Shown here: piece after piece, positions 38,630 to 38,979 of the stretch
Numbering within the stretch: position 1 is the first letter of the stretch
How the letters are laid out: the number at the start of each line of letters is the position of its first letter
From: Armatimonadota bacterium
Lineage (GTDB): Bacteria; Sysuimicrobiota; Sysuimicrobiia; Sysuimicrobiales; Humicultoraceae
Length of the DNA: 38,979 nucleotides
Reading direction: 5' to 3'
NCBI GenBank assembly: GCA_052386995.1
Contig: JBQTJP010000051.1
Span: forward strand, 1 to 38,979
Translations under genes and position numbers: made by a program
The notes under the pieces: model-generated
Told to the model about the DNA's origin: nothing
What the model saw: the letters and a program-made list of their open reading frames with translations, nothing else
The model's database searches: none

Positions 38630-38893
38630 TCAGGAGCCCAGACGTCCGATCAAGCGTCCGCAGTTCTGACAGGTAGGAGCGGCCGACCGAAGGAGCATGC
38701 CACAGGCCCCGCATTCCTTCAGAAGCGGGCCGGCGCAGCGGGGACAGACGAGTGGGCTGTCCCGAAGGTCTCCAAAGGCCGCGTAGAAGCCGCACGCCGG
38801 GTTCACGCAGACCACAAAGGCCTCCATCCTGCGAGGCTCGGTATTGATCCGGCGGTTACCGGGGCGCCGGGCGCGCTCATCGGGTGGACGCAT
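38630..38893 (-). CDS. Small double zinc-ribbon protein
   Basis: Four Cys pairs (CVNPAC, CPRC, CGAC, CQNC); GGAGG before ATG 38893 (alternative ATG 38827); TG-T-TATGAT extended -10 at 38924-38932. Confidence 0.7.
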   Translation of the reverse strand: MRPPDERARRPGNRRINTEPRRMEAFVVCVNPACGFYAAFGDLRDSPLVCPRCAGPLLKECGACGMLLRSAAPTCQNCGRLIGRLGS

Positions 38894-38979
38894 GGACCCT
38901 CCGGCGGGATGAGGCCTGCCGCAATCATAACACGAAGGATTAGCAAAAGTAGACATTGAAGCAAAACCCGAGCCCCAAA

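Overview
GC-rich bacterial chromosomal region, densely coding, with no mobile elements, CRISPR arrays or RNA genes that I can support. Left to right: a minus-strand run kbl-moeA-moaC-mog-ArnT-like glycosyltransferase-secreted protein (cut by the window edge); a divergent operon of two tandem DUF2231-like His-rich membrane paralogs plus a PhoP/PhoR-like two-component system; a long minus-strand run (HEAT-repeat protein, cutA, surE, ftsE, ftsX, M23 protein, ctpA, divergent polysaccharide deacetylase, Glu dehydrogenase, Pro dehydrogenase, livKHMGF); a plus-strand purine-salvage operon (small PD-(D/E)XK-like protein, hpt, nucleoside-type ABC transporter); and hisZGDCBHAF(IE) downstream of a YerC/TrpR-like regulator and a double zinc-ribbon gene. 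Best leads: (1) the DUF2231 pair + two-component module with three 11-bp direct repeats upstream; (2) a nuclease-fold gene on a probably leaderless mRNA coupled to hpt; (3) a HisD with exchanged Zn-ligand residues; (4) tandem HisR-type operators at the his promoter; (5) a recurring GCAGG(A/G/T)-N17/18-GAA SigH-like promoter motif; (6) probable ATA and CTG start codons. All family calls come from motif recognition by eye, not from database searches.
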